Source of the DNA: an uncultured Pseudomonadales bacterium
Lineage (GTDB): Bacteria > Patescibacteriota > Microgenomatia > UBA1400 > PJMF01
Direction: 5' to 3'
Length of the DNA stretch: 64,000 nt
Assembly: GCA_964502565.1 (NCBI GenBank)
Contig: CAZCXA010000001.1
Location: 3,806-67,805 of the forward strand
Below are positions 36,834 to 47,547 of this stretch, piece by piece. Position numbers and translations under genes: made by a program. Within the stretch, counting starts at the first letter, position 1. Every line of letters starts with the position of its first letter. The notes under the pieces are model-generated. The model ran no database searches. It was not told the origin of the DNA and saw only the letters and a program-made list of their open reading frames with translations.

Positions 36834-38324
36834 TTAACTTTTTTTATAGGCTACTATTATATCACCTTTTTTAAAATCAAGGTTTTTATTTTTAAAAGCT
36901 AATCCTGCTTCATTCTTGGATTTCACGGTTTCAATACTATCCTTACCATGCTTCATGCTGGTGATAACCGGACGTCCAACAATCTCATCATCGCGCTTTA
37001 AGTAAAGCTTGTCATGACGACCAATCTCGCCTGAAATAACCCTGATACCAGCAATTTTTTGATTGTTGTAATCAAATATTTGTAAAATTTCTGCCTGTCC
37101 TAACTCAACTTCTCCATAATGCGGATCCATAAGCTTAAGCATCTGTTCTTCTAAATCTTCTAATAGATGATAAATAATGTCGTATTGTTTAATAATCACC
37201 CCCATCTCTTTAGCCATTTTTTGCAATCTAGCTGGAACTTGCTGACCAAAAACCACAATAACACTGCTGGTTGTTTGCGCTAACTCTAAGTCACTCTCGC
37301 TTAACAAACTAGCACTAGCTGAGATCAGCTGGATAGTATCTTGGTCTAATGACTGGGTAATAGCCTCTAAAGTACCCTTAACATCAGCCTTAATAATCAA
37401 GTTTAGTTTTTGTTTATCGCCCAGCAGTATCTCAATATCCAGATCATTTAAAAAAGATTGAGGATGATCTTCTGTTGAGGCGTGCCCAGCTTGAGCCTGA
37501 GACTCCTGGGTTGTTTTTGTCTCTGGCGCAACTGTGCTCAGCGCAACTGCATCCTGCACAACTTGGCCAACTTCAGGCACATCGCTTAAACCTAATATTT
37601 CAGCCGGCTCACCAGGCTTAACTTCTTTTAACTGTTGCCCTGTTTCGTTAATTAAAGAACGAACTCTGCCACGGATATCATCAACTAGCAGTTCTTGTTT
37701 TAGCTGAAGAGTGCCTTCTTGAACAATCACTCTGGCAAGAGGCCCCTTATACTGATCTTTAGTCGCCTCGATCACGACTGCCTTCAAAGGGGCTTCATCA
37801 TCAGCTTTAAGCTCCAGCAACTCAGCCATGGTTAACACTGTTTCTAGTAACTCATCAACACCGTCGCCTTTAATGGCTGAGATCTCTATCACATCAATAT
37901 CTCCTCCGTATTCCTGCACCACCATATCGTTTTCTGCGAGTTGAGTTTTGACTTGCTCTGGATTGGCTCCTTCCAAATCCATCTTATTTAGAGCCACAAT
38001 GCAGGGAACCTTAGCCTCTTTAATATATTTAATTGACTCTATAGTTTGAGGCTGAACACCATCCTTGGCTGAAATAACCAAGATCACGATGTCGGTAACT
38101 TGGACTCCTCGCTGACGCATCTCATTAAAAGCAGCATGACCTGGGGTGTCAATAAAGGTAATCTTCTGATTATTGTGCTTGATTTGATATGCTCCAATGT
38201 GTTGAGTAATACCACCAGCTTCCCCGACCTGAACTTTAGTGTGACGAAGATAGTCCAGCAGAGTGGTCTTGCCATGATCAACATGGCCCATAACAGTGAT
38301 GATTGGTGATCTAACTTTTAACAT
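36834..38324 (-). CDS. infB: Translation initiation factor IF-2 (short form lacking N-terminal domains)
   Basis: Starts directly at G-domain VMGHVDHGKTTLLD; 496 aa. Confidence 0.92.
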   Translation of the reverse strand: MLKVRSPIITVMGHVDHGKTTLLDYLRHTKVQVGEAGGITQHIGAYQIKHNNQKITFIDTPGHAAFNEMRQRGVQVTDIVILVISAKDGVQPQTIESIKYIKEAKVPCIVALNKMDLEGANPEQVKTQLAENDMVVQEYGGDIDVIEISAIKGDGVDELLETVLTMAELLELKADDEAPLKAVVIEATKDQYKGPLARVIVQEGTLQLKQELLVDDIRGRVRSLINETGQQLKEVKPGEPAEILGLSDVPEVGQVVQDAVALSTVAPETKTTQESQAQAGHASTEDHPQSFLNDLDIEILLGDKQKLNLIIKADVKGTLEAITQSLDQDTIQLISASASLLSESDLELAQTTSSVIVVFGQQVPARLQKMAKEMGVIIKQYDIIYHLLEDLEEQMLKLMDPHYGEVELGQAEILQIFDYNNQKIAGIRVISGEIGRHDKLYLKRDDEIVGRPVITSMKHGKDSIETVKSKNEAGLAFKNKNLDFKKGDIIVAYKKS

Positions 38325-38391
38325 TGGTTGATAGCATTAAATATTTAATATGTGTAACAAGATCTCGAGAGTGACATTAGTCAGGAACTGC

Positions 38392-39639
38392 CTACAACTC
38401 CTTGGCTTGTTGTTCCTCTTGATACTCTTTGAGTCTTTTTTCAATAGCTTCCTTTTCCGCTTGAGTGATAGTCTCTTCTTCAGCCCATTTATCCTGAAAT
38501 CTTTCAAGATCATAGATCGTGGTTAGTTTATGCTGAACTAAAAACTCGCGAGTTTCTGAAGAAAGCTCGCTCCAGGTGTCAATCTCATACTCTTCTTCAC
38601 CAGTTGCTTCAGATTCAACATCTCCTTGAGCAGATTTAATAGTAATCAGATAACCAGTAAGTTTAGCTGCTAAACGCACATTTTGACCACCTCTACCAAT
38701 GGCTAAAGACAGCTGGTCGTCAGGAGCAGTGACCACCACCTTGCTGTTTTCTTCATCAACCTCAACCAATAAATTTTCAGCTGGGGCTAAAGCTGTTTTA
38801 AGATAGACGTTCAAATCTTCATGAAAAGGTACAATATCTATCTTTTCGTTATTTAGTTCTTCAATAACTTTTTGGACACGCACTCCTCTCTGACCAACAC
38901 ATGAACCAACTGGGTCAACTCCCTCTTGAGTGGAGCGAACTGCAATCTTGGTTCTGACTCCTGCCTCACGAGCAACAGCCACCACTTCAACTGCACCAGA
39001 ACTTACCTCTGGAACCTCTCGTTCAAATAACTTTGAGACCAACTCTGGAGCTGAACGAGACACAATAATGGCTGAACCACGAAACTCATCAGAAATTTCC
39101 TTAATAAGAACAGAGATGCGCTGATTTTTACGGTAAAACTCACCTCGCATCTGTTCAGTTGGAGGCATATATGCCTGACCTCGACCAATCTCGATCACCA
39201 CCGAGCCTCGATCCATTCGTAGCACCTGACCAGTAATAACCTCACCGATTTTATCTTGAAACTCGTTGATAATCTGATCTTTCTCACTACGCCTAATCTC
39301 CTGAAAAATAACCTGTTTAGCAGTTTGTGTGGCAATTCTGCCAAAACCTGGCAAGGTCATTTCTTCTGCTTTGGTTTTATCCCATTGGAGAATCTCTCCA
39401 GTTTTCTCATCTCTTTCTAGCACAGGAGCTTTATATATTTTTGATTCTCCTGTTTCTTTGTTTAGCTCAACATAATAATAAAACTCTTCATCTAGACCAC
39501 CCACTTCTTTACGGTAAGCCGAAACTAAAGAATGTTCAATAGCATCATAAATTGCCTGTGGGTCAATCTTTCTTTCCCTGGCTATTTGAGCAATAGCAGC
39601 TGCGAATTCTGTTCTAACAAGCGGACTGATGTTTGCCAT
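38392..39639 (-). CDS. nusA: Transcription termination/antitermination factor NusA
   Basis: N-terminal domain, S1, two KH domains (GxxG motifs IGRGGQNVRLA). Confidence 0.92.
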   Translation of the reverse strand: MANISPLVRTEFAAAIAQIARERKIDPQAIYDAIEHSLVSAYRKEVGGLDEEFYYYVELNKETGESKIYKAPVLERDEKTGEILQWDKTKAEEMTLPGFGRIATQTAKQVIFQEIRRSEKDQIINEFQDKIGEVITGQVLRMDRGSVVIEIGRGQAYMPPTEQMRGEFYRKNQRISVLIKEISDEFRGSAIIVSRSAPELVSKLFEREVPEVSSGAVEVVAVAREAGVRTKIAVRSTQEGVDPVGSCVGQRGVRVQKVIEELNNEKIDIVPFHEDLNVYLKTALAPAENLLVEVDEENSKVVVTAPDDQLSLAIGRGGQNVRLAAKLTGYLITIKSAQGDVESEATGEEEYEIDTWSELSSETREFLVQHKLTTIYDLERFQDKWAEEETITQAEKEAIEKRLKEYQEEQQAKEL

Positions 39640-39846
39640 AGTGTGTAAATGTTTGATAAATAATTAAAATTAAAAAATAAAAATTAAAAAAGTTTCCTGG
39701 TTTAACTCTCGCCCAAACCTTAAATAAAAAAGCGCACTTGTTCAGTCCGCTCTTAAAAAAATCTAAATTATCAAGTTACTAACTTAAGCCTATAAATATA
39801 TTATACCTTGAAACGTGATAAGTTGCTAGGGGGAGTTAAGGTTAGG

Positions 39847-39956
39847 TATTTAATCTCTGTCGCCTGGTGTCTGGTTCCTCTGTGCTATTATTTAATCCCT
39901 GTTGCCTTTTGTCTAGCCCCTACCTGATATCTAGTCTCTGCACCTGGTGTCTGGTT
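39847..39956. repeat. Three copies of a ~19-nt module (tatttaatcYctgtYgcct), two extended by ggtgtctggtt, between dnaJ stop and nusA
   Basis: 39847-39876, 39889-39908 (short form), 39928-39956; pyrimidine-rich on plus strand. Confidence 0.6.
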
Positions 39957-39978
39957 TAACAAATTTTTCTAACTTAAC

Positions 39979-40836
39979 TTACATCCCAGTATCTTTTAAC
40001 TGCTGAATCAACTCCTTTTGTTCTTTGTTTAGCTTCTCCGGCACCTCTACAATCAGTCGCACATAAAAATCACCCCTTCCACCACCGCGGATGTGGCGAA
40101 TGCCCTCCCCTCGTAATCTAACCAAGGTATGAGATTGTGTGCCAGGTCTAATTCGTAAATTTAAGCCATTGTCTAATGTTTTTACCTGCTTAACACCGCC
40201 CAAAGCTGCCAAAGTAAAAGCAATTTTTTCGTCAACATAAACATCATATCCCTCCCTCTTGAAACGCGGATGAGCTTTGACATCAATCGAGATATCAAAA
40301 TCCTTAAATCGAATCCTGGTACCGTCGTCAGCACCGGCAGGTACCTTGATTTTACGTTTTTTGCCATCGATCTCAACTTCTTTGGTAGTCCCATTAACCG
40401 CCTCCATAAACTCAATTCTTAAACTATACCTAGGACGCTGAGCTTGACGAGTAAAACCACCTCCAAAAAATTGATCAAAAATCTCAAACGGATCTCCAAA
40501 ATCAAAACCCTGAAAAGGGTTTGGGCCACCACTGCCTTGGGTATAAGTATAAGTAAAGGGACCAGAACGAGTGCCTCCAGCAAAAGGATTGGCTCCCATA
40601 CCTCCGGCTTGGCTAAAGGCAGCATGACCAAACTGATCATAAGTTTGACGTTTTTTTTCGTCTGATAAAACCTGATACGCTTCATTAATTTCTTTGAACT
40701 TTTCCTCAGCATCATTAGATTTGTTTTTATCAGGATGGTACTTCAAGGCTAGCACTCGATAAGCCTTCTTAATATCAGCTTGAGAAGAATTTTTATCAAC
40801 GCCTAGAATCTCGTAGTAGTCTCGCTTGGTTGGCAT
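39979..40836 (-). CDS. dnaJ: DnaJ/CbpA-type co-chaperone (J domain + G/F region + C-terminal domains, no zinc-finger)
   Basis: J-domain DYYEILGV...[16 protein letters not shown] with HPD; 285 aa. Confidence 0.8.
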   Translation of the reverse strand: MPTKRDYYEILGVDKNSSQADIKKAYRVLALKYHPDKNKSNDAEEKFKEINEAYQVLSDEKKRQTYDQFGHAAFSQAGGMGANPFAGGTRSGPFTYTYTQGSGGPNPFQGFDFGDPFEIFDQFFGGGFTRQAQRPRYSLRIEFMEAVNGTTKEVEIDGKKRKIKVPAGADDGTRIRFKDFDISIDVKAHPRFKREGYDVYVDEKIAFTLAALGGVKQVKTLDNGLNLRIRPGTQSHTLVRLRGEGIRHIRGGGRGDFYVRLIVEVPEKLNKEQKELIQQLKDTGM

Positions 40837-40860
40837 GGTATTAAAACTAAATATTTTGTA

Positions 40861-43188
40861 TTAATTATGAGTTGTTTCCAACTTGTTTTTCTTCAATCTC
40901 GAAACTATTAGTATAACAGCTGAAGCAAATCCAGTTGAGATCGAGGTCATTCCGCCCAAATAAAAAAACCGAGGGTGATACCACAACTTGATGCTGTTTT
41001 TGCCAGGTTTTATGGAAATCTGCCTCATCTGGTTAACTGCTAAAACCTCGATTTCTTCTCCATTTACTTCAGCTTGCCAATTTTTATCATAGCGATCAGC
41101 AATAATCAACTGGTTGGCATCGCTCTCATTAATAAACTGAAGCTCGATTTTATTAGGATCTTCATTAATTATTAGGTTTTTAGGTGCCTGATTTGCCAGT
41201 GCACCATCAGCCAATCTAAACCTTGGTAAAGCTGGTAGTTCATACAAGGCCCAGTGGTCTTGTGTTGCGATTAAGTTTAAATCAGCAAAAGCCTGCTGTC
41301 CTCTAAACCATTGGTCAACTAAATAATATTTTACAGACCAATCTGGCAATAACTCATTGTCCAACTTAATCTCTGACAAGTTATTAATGGCAGGAACATC
41401 TGAGTTATGCCAAACATCATTCACTGTCAAAGGCATCAGGGTGGTGTAGCCATTTAAGACTTTTGTGTTCGCCACCATGTTCCAATCAGGAGTCATGCCA
41501 GAGGACATCCTTGTTAAGTGATTAAACTCGGTTAGTTCTTTTTGATCAACATAAGAATCAGAAAATGGCTGTCTAACAGCAATGGCCTCCCAGTAGGCTC
41601 CAAAACCAGTATAAGGAGCATTATAGTTACGGATCAGTGTTCTTGCCTGAGGATCGCTATTAACTCTTTCTTGAAAAACAAGTTCTGAACTCAGTTGAGG
41701 ATAAACTTTAGCTGGTGCAAAAAACAAGATGCCTTGGGTATTAAAAATCAGGTCTAGACTCAATAACAAAACACAGAAAAAATACAGTTTTTTCTTTAAA
41801 AAATAAGTAATAACTAAGAAAAAAGAACCATTAATCAGTAAATTACAAATAATATTTTGGGCAATCACCCGATTTTTTTCAATAGTATGGAAAGGACTTA
41901 ACAAAAGACGACTGTTCAGCAAATCATTAACTAGTTGCCAGATAAAATAAAAATTAGTTTGGATGATTAAATAACTCACAGAAGCAATGAACAAGATAAC
42001 AGAACCAACAAGAAAATAAGTTTTACTAACCTTAAAACTTGTAAAATACTTGCCAATAATAATCGCGACAAAAAAACAAGAAATAATCAGGGCGGTGCTG
42101 GGACCTCTGCTGGGACCGGTTAAAAACGAGAGGTTAAGAGGCAGATAACCACCAAAAGAAAAAAGAAAAAACAGTAAGAATAAAAATAACCAAATCATCT
42201 CTTTTTTGTTTTTTTTCTTGTTAAGAATAAATCTAAACAAGATCAACAGCCCAAGCCAGCTAAAATACATGGCTACATTGGGCATGCTGTTCCAACTGGG
42301 ACCCCATTTAATGCCAGCAACTGGATGATCAAAAAAATAAGGCAGGAATAATTTAATAGTTTCAAGCGGATGCAAAGAGCCAGATATTGCTTGGTCGCTG
42401 GTCTGAATAATTCTAGTTGAGTTTTGTAAAACCTCGATAAAAGGCAACCAAATAACAGCTGATAAAGCCACAGTTAAAACTCCTGTTTGTAACCAGTGCC
42501 AAAACCAAACTTTTAATGATCTCTTAGAAAATAACGGTTTTTCTTTCTCCAAAAAAGAAATAATTACTGCCAGTAAGATGCTGTAAAAAACATGTGATGG
42601 ATAACCACCAGCAAACTGAAAAAAAACTGTTACGGCAAATAAAAAGCGATGTTTAAAAGATTTATTTATAGACAATCCTGTATAAACAACTAAAGGTAAC
42701 CAAGAAAGAGACTGAAGGGTTGAGATATTATTCATCACTGCCGTGATTTGGGTTGAGGCTGTCCAGATGACAGAAGCAAACAAGGCAGAGTAGTGATTTT
42801 TTATCACCTTTTTTGTGACTAGATACATGCCTATAAAGGTTAGGGCCAGATGAAGCATCAGGGTCAGATTAAGCGCCTGAGCACTGTTCAACCACATGAA
42901 AAATAATGTTGAGGGATAAAAGATTGACTGGTTAACATCACCTATCCAAGAAATGCCGGTGAAGATGGTTGGATTCCAGAGTGGTAAGACGCCCTGCTTA
43001 AGCCAATGAGCAGTAAACAGTTTGCCTGGTATCATCAAGGAATAATTATCACCAAAGAAGAGGGTTTTGCCTTGTAAAAATGGCCAAAAACGGGCGACAA
43101 GAAGAAACAAAAAAACAGTTATTACTTGGGAAAGTGGTAAACTTAGCCATGACTTAATTTTTTTATAATAAGGTAAAAAAAAGCTCAT
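40861..43188 (-). CDS. YfhO-family polytopic membrane protein (putative lipid-linked glycosyltransferase)
   Basis: ~14 TM helices in first 500 aa followed by ~250-aa extracytoplasmic C-terminal domain, as in YfhO/YkcB-like proteins; sits next to a GT2 DPM1-like gene (functional pairing). Confidence 0.5.
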   Translation of the reverse strand: MSFFLPYYKKIKSWLSLPLSQVITVFLFLLVARFWPFLQGKTLFFGDNYSLMIPGKLFTAHWLKQGVLPLWNPTIFTGISWIGDVNQSIFYPSTLFFMWLNSAQALNLTLMLHLALTFIGMYLVTKKVIKNHYSALFASVIWTASTQITAVMNNISTLQSLSWLPLVVYTGLSINKSFKHRFLFAVTVFFQFAGGYPSHVFYSILLAVIISFLEKEKPLFSKRSLKVWFWHWLQTGVLTVALSAVIWLPFIEVLQNSTRIIQTSDQAISGSLHPLETIKLFLPYFFDHPVAGIKWGPSWNSMPNVAMYFSWLGLLILFRFILNKKKNKKEMIWLFLFLLFFLFSFGGYLPLNLSFLTGPSRGPSTALIISCFFVAIIIGKYFTSFKVSKTYFLVGSVILFIASVSYLIIQTNFYFIWQLVNDLLNSRLLLSPFHTIEKNRVIAQNIICNLLINGSFFLVITYFLKKKLYFFCVLLLSLDLIFNTQGILFFAPAKVYPQLSSELVFQERVNSDPQARTLIRNYNAPYTGFGAYWEAIAVRQPFSDSYVDQKELTEFNHLTRMSSGMTPDWNMVANTKVLNGYTTLMPLTVNDVWHNSDVPAINNLSEIKLDNELLPDWSVKYYLVDQWFRGQQAFADLNLIATQDHWALYELPALPRFRLADGALANQAPKNLIINEDPNKIELQFINESDANQLIIADRYDKNWQAEVNGEEIEVLAVNQMRQISIKPGKNSIKLWYHPRFFYLGGMTSISTGFASAVILIVSRLKKNKLETTHN

Positions 43189-43244
43189 TTTTGAGAAGAT
43201 CTGTTGAATAAGTTTGAAAGATTAACCTCAACAAGTTAATCTTG

Positions 43245-43916
43245 TTAAAAAAACCTTAACTTGCCGATCGTCCAAAAAGCTGAAAATCCATCTCTCCAAG
43301 TTATCTTTTTTCCCTCCTCAAAATTACGACCGATATAACTAATTGGCACCTCAAAAATATTAATATTTTTTTTCAAAATTTTACAAGTAATTTCAGGCTC
43401 AAGATCAAATTTATTAGCACGGAGATCTAAACTTCTCATTAACTCGGTTGGCACTAACTTATAACAGGTCTCCATATCAGATAAAGTGGTATTATATAAA
43501 AGATTAACAGTAAAATTCAGCATCGTATTGCCAACTCTGTGCCAGAATAATAAGTTTGAATGAGGGCCAATAAATCGAGAACCATAAACAACATCAACTC
43601 GATCTTTTTTTGCAGCGTCAACCAAAATTTTGATGTCAGCAGGATCATACTCTAAATCTGCATCTTGAATTAATACATAATCACCCATAACTTTTTTTAA
43701 ACCTAACCGTACCGCGCTACCTTTACCTTCATTTTTTTTTGAAAAGCTTTTAATTTTTTTTGAGCGAATCTTTTTTATTTCTTGCCACGTATTATCGGTT
43801 GAACCATCATTGACAACCACAACTTCTTTTACTTCTTTTGTCTTTATCAATTTTTTTAAAACTTGCGCGATAGTGTTTTCTTCATTGTAAACTGGAACAA
43901 TAACCGAGAGGTGCAT
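43245..43916 (-). CDS. Family-2 glycosyltransferase (polyprenol-phosphate sugar synthase, DPM1-like)
   Basis: LSVIVPVYNEE, VVVVNDGSTDNT (DxD region), IQDADLEYDP. Confidence 0.8.
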   Translation of the reverse strand: MHLSVIVPVYNEENTIAQVLKKLIKTKEVKEVVVVNDGSTDNTWQEIKKIRSKKIKSFSKKNEGKGSAVRLGLKKVMGDYVLIQDADLEYDPADIKILVDAAKKDRVDVVYGSRFIGPHSNLLFWHRVGNTMLNFTVNLLYNTTLSDMETCYKLVPTELMRSLDLRANKFDLEPEITCKILKKNINIFEVPISYIGRNFEEGKKITWRDGFSAFWTIGKLRFF

Positions 43917-43974
43917 ATTAGTGTTTGGTGATTGATGATTAATTTTTGGTGTTTAGTGCTTGGTGTTGGATTAG

Positions 43975-44072
43975 TGTTTGGGTGTTGGACAAAGTGTTTG
44001 GTATTGAACTAGCGTTAGGGTGTTGGACAAAGTGTTTGGTATTGAACAAGTGTTAGGGTGCTGGATGAAATG
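43975..44072. repeat. ~37-bp tandem repeat (2.6 copies) in the GT2 upstream region, rich in GTGTTTGGT motifs
   Basis: ttagggtgttggacaaagtgtttggtattgaac repeated at 43975-44010 and 44013-44048 with partial third copy; additional gtgtttggtg/ggtgtttag motifs 43921-43974. Confidence 0.7.
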
Positions 44073-44107
44073 CAAACTCCTCAATATTTAAGATATTTAA
44101 AAATCAC

Positions 44108-44152
44108 CCCTAGCTCTGTCCAGTGTGACTGAACTTTTTTTAAGCTAGGGGC
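44108..44152 (-). terminator. Possible dnaK terminator (9-bp stem CCCCUAGCU/AGCUAGGGG, long loop, followed by U-rich tract on minus strand)
   Basis: Inverted repeat 30 nt below the dnaK stop codon; minus strand continues ...GUGAUUUUUAAAUAUC. Confidence 0.4.
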
Positions 44153-44177
44153 TCATCTTGTTACTAATTTTTATCTT

Positions 44178-46127
44178 TTAATTTACAACCTCTCCCTCTT
44201 CTACATCTTCATTGCTTTTTTTAGTTTCATCTTTCTTGCCCTCAGAGGAATCCTTTTCTGTATCAGTTTTATCAGCTTCAGCCTTGCTCGCATCAGCTTC
44301 CTGAGCTTGTCGCATAGCCTCACCTAGTTTTTGACCAGCGGTCAAGGTTTGTTCTACAGCTTGTTCAAGCTCTTCTTTAGTGACATCTTCCTTTTCTGCC
44401 AGCTCTTTTAATTTTTCAACTGACTCCTCTAAAGATTTTTTATCAGCTTCCTCCAGTTTGTCTCCATAATCCTTTAACTGCTTTTCAAGCTCAAAAGCGA
44501 CACTGCTGGCTTGGTTGCGAGCCTCTACCAACTCTCTCTTTTTCTTGTCCTCATCAGCGTGCTCTTCAGCATCTTGTTTCATTTTTTCAACTTCCTCATC
44601 TGTTAAGTTTGTGGTGTTTTTAATGGTAATCGACTGTTCCTTACCCGTAGTTTTATCCTTTGCCGAAACATTTAAGATACCGTTAGAATCAATATCAAAC
44701 GTGACCTCAACTTGCGGGACTCCTCGAGGAGCAGGCGGAATACCATCTAGAATAAAACGACCAAGCGATTTATTATCAGCTGCCATCTCTCGCTCACCTT
44801 GTAAAACAACAATTTCTACTTGAGTCTGATTATCACCAGCAGTGGAAAATATTTTAGAAGCGCTGGTTGGAATGGTCGTGTTGCGATCAATTAAAGAAGT
44901 GCGAACACCACCTAAAGTTTCAATACCTAAAGTCAGTGGGGTAACATCTAACAAAACCATGTCTTGCACGTCTCCACCAATCACACCGGCTTGCACTGCT
45001 GCGCCAACTGCCACCACCTCATCTGGATTAACTCCTTTATGAGGCTTTTTACCAAAAAACTTTTCCACCTTTTCTTGAATTTTTGGCATGCGAGTTTGAC
45101 CACCAACCAAGATTACCTCGTTGATATCACTGGCTTTTTTGCCAGCATCTTTTAAGGCTTTTTCTACCGGAGTAAATGATTTCTCGATTAAATCGTCAAC
45201 CAACTCCTCTAACTTTGCTCTAGTTAAACTCATGGTTAAATGTAAGGGGTTGCCCTCTTTACTCTGAGTAATGAACGGTTGGTTAATATCAGTTTTTTGA
45301 GCAGTAGATAACTCAATCTTGGCTTTTTCAGCCACATCTTTAATTCTTTGCAAAGCTTGTTTGTCAGCTGACAAGTCCACGCCGTTTTCTTTTTTAAACT
45401 CGGCCACTATCCACTCCATAATCTGTTGGTCAAAATCATTACCTCCTAAAAAGGTGTCACCATTAGTTGATTTCACCTCAAACACACCGTCACCTATCTC
45501 TAAAATCGAGATGTCAAAAGTGCCTCCGCCAAGATCATAAACAGCAATGGTTTCATTCTTTTTCTTATCAAGACCATAAGCTAAGGAAGCAGCTGTGGGC
45601 TCGTTCACGATTCTTTCCACAGTAAAACCTGCAATCTCGCCTGCCTGTTTAGTGGCTTGACGTTGAGAGTCGTCAAAATAAGCAGGCACGGTAATGACTG
45701 CTCTTTCTACCTTTTCCCCCAAGTAACTTTCTGCGTCCTGCTTAGCTTTAATCAAAACCTGGGCAGAGATTTCTTGAGGTGTGTAAGATTTGCCATCAAT
45801 CTCGATTACAGCTACACCATCTTTACCCTGTTTAATATCATAAGTCACATGCTTAATCGCTTTGGATACAGCTTGATCACTAAAACGACGCCCAATAAAT
45901 CTTTTCACCGACTCAATAGTGGTTTTGGGGTTAAGCACCATCTGTCTTTTAGCTGGATCACCCACGATAATCTCATCACCTTTAAAGGCTACTATCGAGG
46001 GAAAGGTGTTGCGACCCTCAGCTGAAGGGATTATTTTAGGTGAACCACCTTCCATCACCGCTATCGCTGAGTTGGTGGTGCCTAGATCAATGCCGATAAT
46101 TTTTCCTTGTGGTTGTGTTTTTGCCAT
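44178..46127 (-). CDS. dnaK: Chaperone DnaK (Hsp70)
   Basis: [18 protein letters not shown], canonical Hsp70 throughout; AAGGA SD. Confidence 0.97.
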   Translation of the reverse strand: MAKTQPQGKIIGIDLGTTNSAIAVMEGGSPKIIPSAEGRNTFPSIVAFKGDEIIVGDPAKRQMVLNPKTTIESVKRFIGRRFSDQAVSKAIKHVTYDIKQGKDGVAVIEIDGKSYTPQEISAQVLIKAKQDAESYLGEKVERAVITVPAYFDDSQRQATKQAGEIAGFTVERIVNEPTAASLAYGLDKKKNETIAVYDLGGGTFDISILEIGDGVFEVKSTNGDTFLGGNDFDQQIMEWIVAEFKKENGVDLSADKQALQRIKDVAEKAKIELSTAQKTDINQPFITQSKEGNPLHLTMSLTRAKLEELVDDLIEKSFTPVEKALKDAGKKASDINEVILVGGQTRMPKIQEKVEKFFGKKPHKGVNPDEVVAVGAAVQAGVIGGDVQDMVLLDVTPLTLGIETLGGVRTSLIDRNTTIPTSASKIFSTAGDNQTQVEIVVLQGEREMAADNKSLGRFILDGIPPAPRGVPQVEVTFDIDSNGILNVSAKDKTTGKEQSITIKNTTNLTDEEVEKMKQDAEEHADEDKKKRELVEARNQASSVAFELEKQLKDYGDKLEEADKKSLEESVEKLKELAEKEDVTKEELEQAVEQTLTAGQKLGEAMRQAQEADASKAEADKTDTEKDSSEGKKDETKKSNEDVEEGEVVN

Positions 46128-46274
46128 AGTTATTCCTTTTTTAAGATTGGTATTTAGTATTTAGTATAAAGTTATAAATATAGAGTACTCGACGCCAGGT
46201 ATCTGGCATGTGGTATAAAAACCCAATGGTTAAAAAATCTTTGTGTGGTTAAAAACCTGGTTTTTGCCTTTATC

Positions 46275-46766
46275 CTAGTTCTGCCCTAAAACTACCTTTG
46301 CGTGCTGAATCACTTTATCTTTTAAAAGATAGCCTTTTTTAACCACCTCTACCACCAGATTTCCCTCACCGTTGTGGTCAACCGCCTCCATTGTTTCTAG
46401 ATCAAACTCCTTACCTAAAACATTGATTTCTTTTAGTCCAGCTTGTTCCAGCGTTTTTACAAACTCGGCTAAAATCATGGCTAAACCTTGATCATTTATT
46501 TGAGTGGTTGCTTTTTCTAAACTTTCTAAAACAGGCAACAAAGATAAGATTAACTCTTTGTTTGCAAACTTAATTACTTGACCTCGTTCCAGCTGGGTTC
46601 TGCGTTGTAAGTTTTGATAATCAGCTAATGATCTTTTCTCTCTTTCTTGAGCTATAGTAAGCTTAATTTTTAATTCTTTAATCTCATTTTGTTGATTATC
46701 ATTTAATGGTTGCGTTTTTTTTGGTGATTGTTTTTTCATGCTCACTACTCTCTGTTTTTTAAACAA
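46275..46766 (-). CDS. grpE: Nucleotide exchange factor GrpE
   Basis: Coiled-coil N-terminus and C-terminal beta-domain; operon position between hrcA and dnaK. Confidence 0.9.
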   Translation of the reverse strand: MFKKQRVVSMKKQSPKKTQPLNDNQQNEIKELKIKLTIAQEREKRSLADYQNLQRRTQLERGQVIKFANKELILSLLPVLESLEKATTQINDQGLAMILAEFVKTLEQAGLKEINVLGKEFDLETMEAVDHNGEGNLVVEVVKKGYLLKDKVIQHAKVVLGQN

Positions 46767-47478
46767 TCTGCTCGATCAAGCTTTTGAAATATTTCATGGT
46801 TGGCACTAAATAGGAATAGTTAAACCTAGTAGAACCAAACACCCCTAGTTGGCATTGATGACCCAAAGCATTCACTGAAATAAACATTATACCAACCTGT
46901 TCAAGCTCTTTTTCTCCTAGCTCTCTGCCATAAACAATCTGAATTTTATCATAGCTTTGACCTCGAGCAAAAATCTCATTAAGTAGCTTAGCTTGTTCAA
47001 TAATTGACAAAGCCCTTTTCATTACCTGGATATCAAAAAACTCAGGCATTTCGAGCAGATTAGCATACCCAGAATGATACAAGTGAGAGTCGTCGGACAT
47101 GGCTAAACCAACAGCCTTAGCCCGAGTAGCCAAGGCTTGACAAGTTTGCTGAAGCAACCGCTCCAGCTGATCTTTACTGTTCCAAATTTTCTCTTTTGCG
47201 CTGACCTCATCTGCAACCGATAACTCTTCTTCCCTCATCAACTCATTAACATAAAGCCTAAAAGCTTGAGAGGTAGGCACACGTCCACCACTGGCGTGAG
47301 GTTTATACAGATAACCTTGCTTACTTAAATGCACCATCTCATTACGGATGGTGGCAGGAGATACCCCGATATTGTATTTTTTGTCGATCGTATCAGAACC
47401 CACAGGTTGAGCGGTTTCGATAAACTCCTCAATAATAGCCCTCAAGATTTGAATTTGTCGAGGCTGAAGATTAATCAT
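46759..47478 (-). CDS. hrcA: Heat-inducible transcription repressor HrcA
   Basis: N-terminal winged HTH LTPRQIQILRAIIEEFIETAQPVGS; HrcA C-terminal domain. Confidence 0.9.
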   Translation of the reverse strand: MINLQPRQIQILRAIIEEFIETAQPVGSDTIDKKYNIGVSPATIRNEMVHLSKQGYLYKPHASGGRVPTSQAFRLYVNELMREEELSVADEVSAKEKIWNSKDQLERLLQQTCQALATRAKAVGLAMSDDSHLYHSGYANLLEMPEFFDIQVMKRALSIIEQAKLLNEIFARGQSYDKIQIVYGRELGEKELEQVGIMFISVNALGHQCQLGVFGSTRFNYSYLVPTMKYFKSLIEQIV

Positions 47479-47547
47479 AACAAGTTTTAAATAATTACTA
47501 AAAAAATATAGTTAAAGTTGGACATATCATATTTTGCAACAACTCTA

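Noticed and set aside
46128-46274. CIRCE element upstream of dnaK
   Set aside because: There is no TTAGCA…TGCTAA inverted repeat in the grpE-dnaK spacer. Only a short GCCAG-AUAC-CUGGC hairpin without a U-tract. dnaK is presumably expressed from the hrcA promoter and CIRCE.
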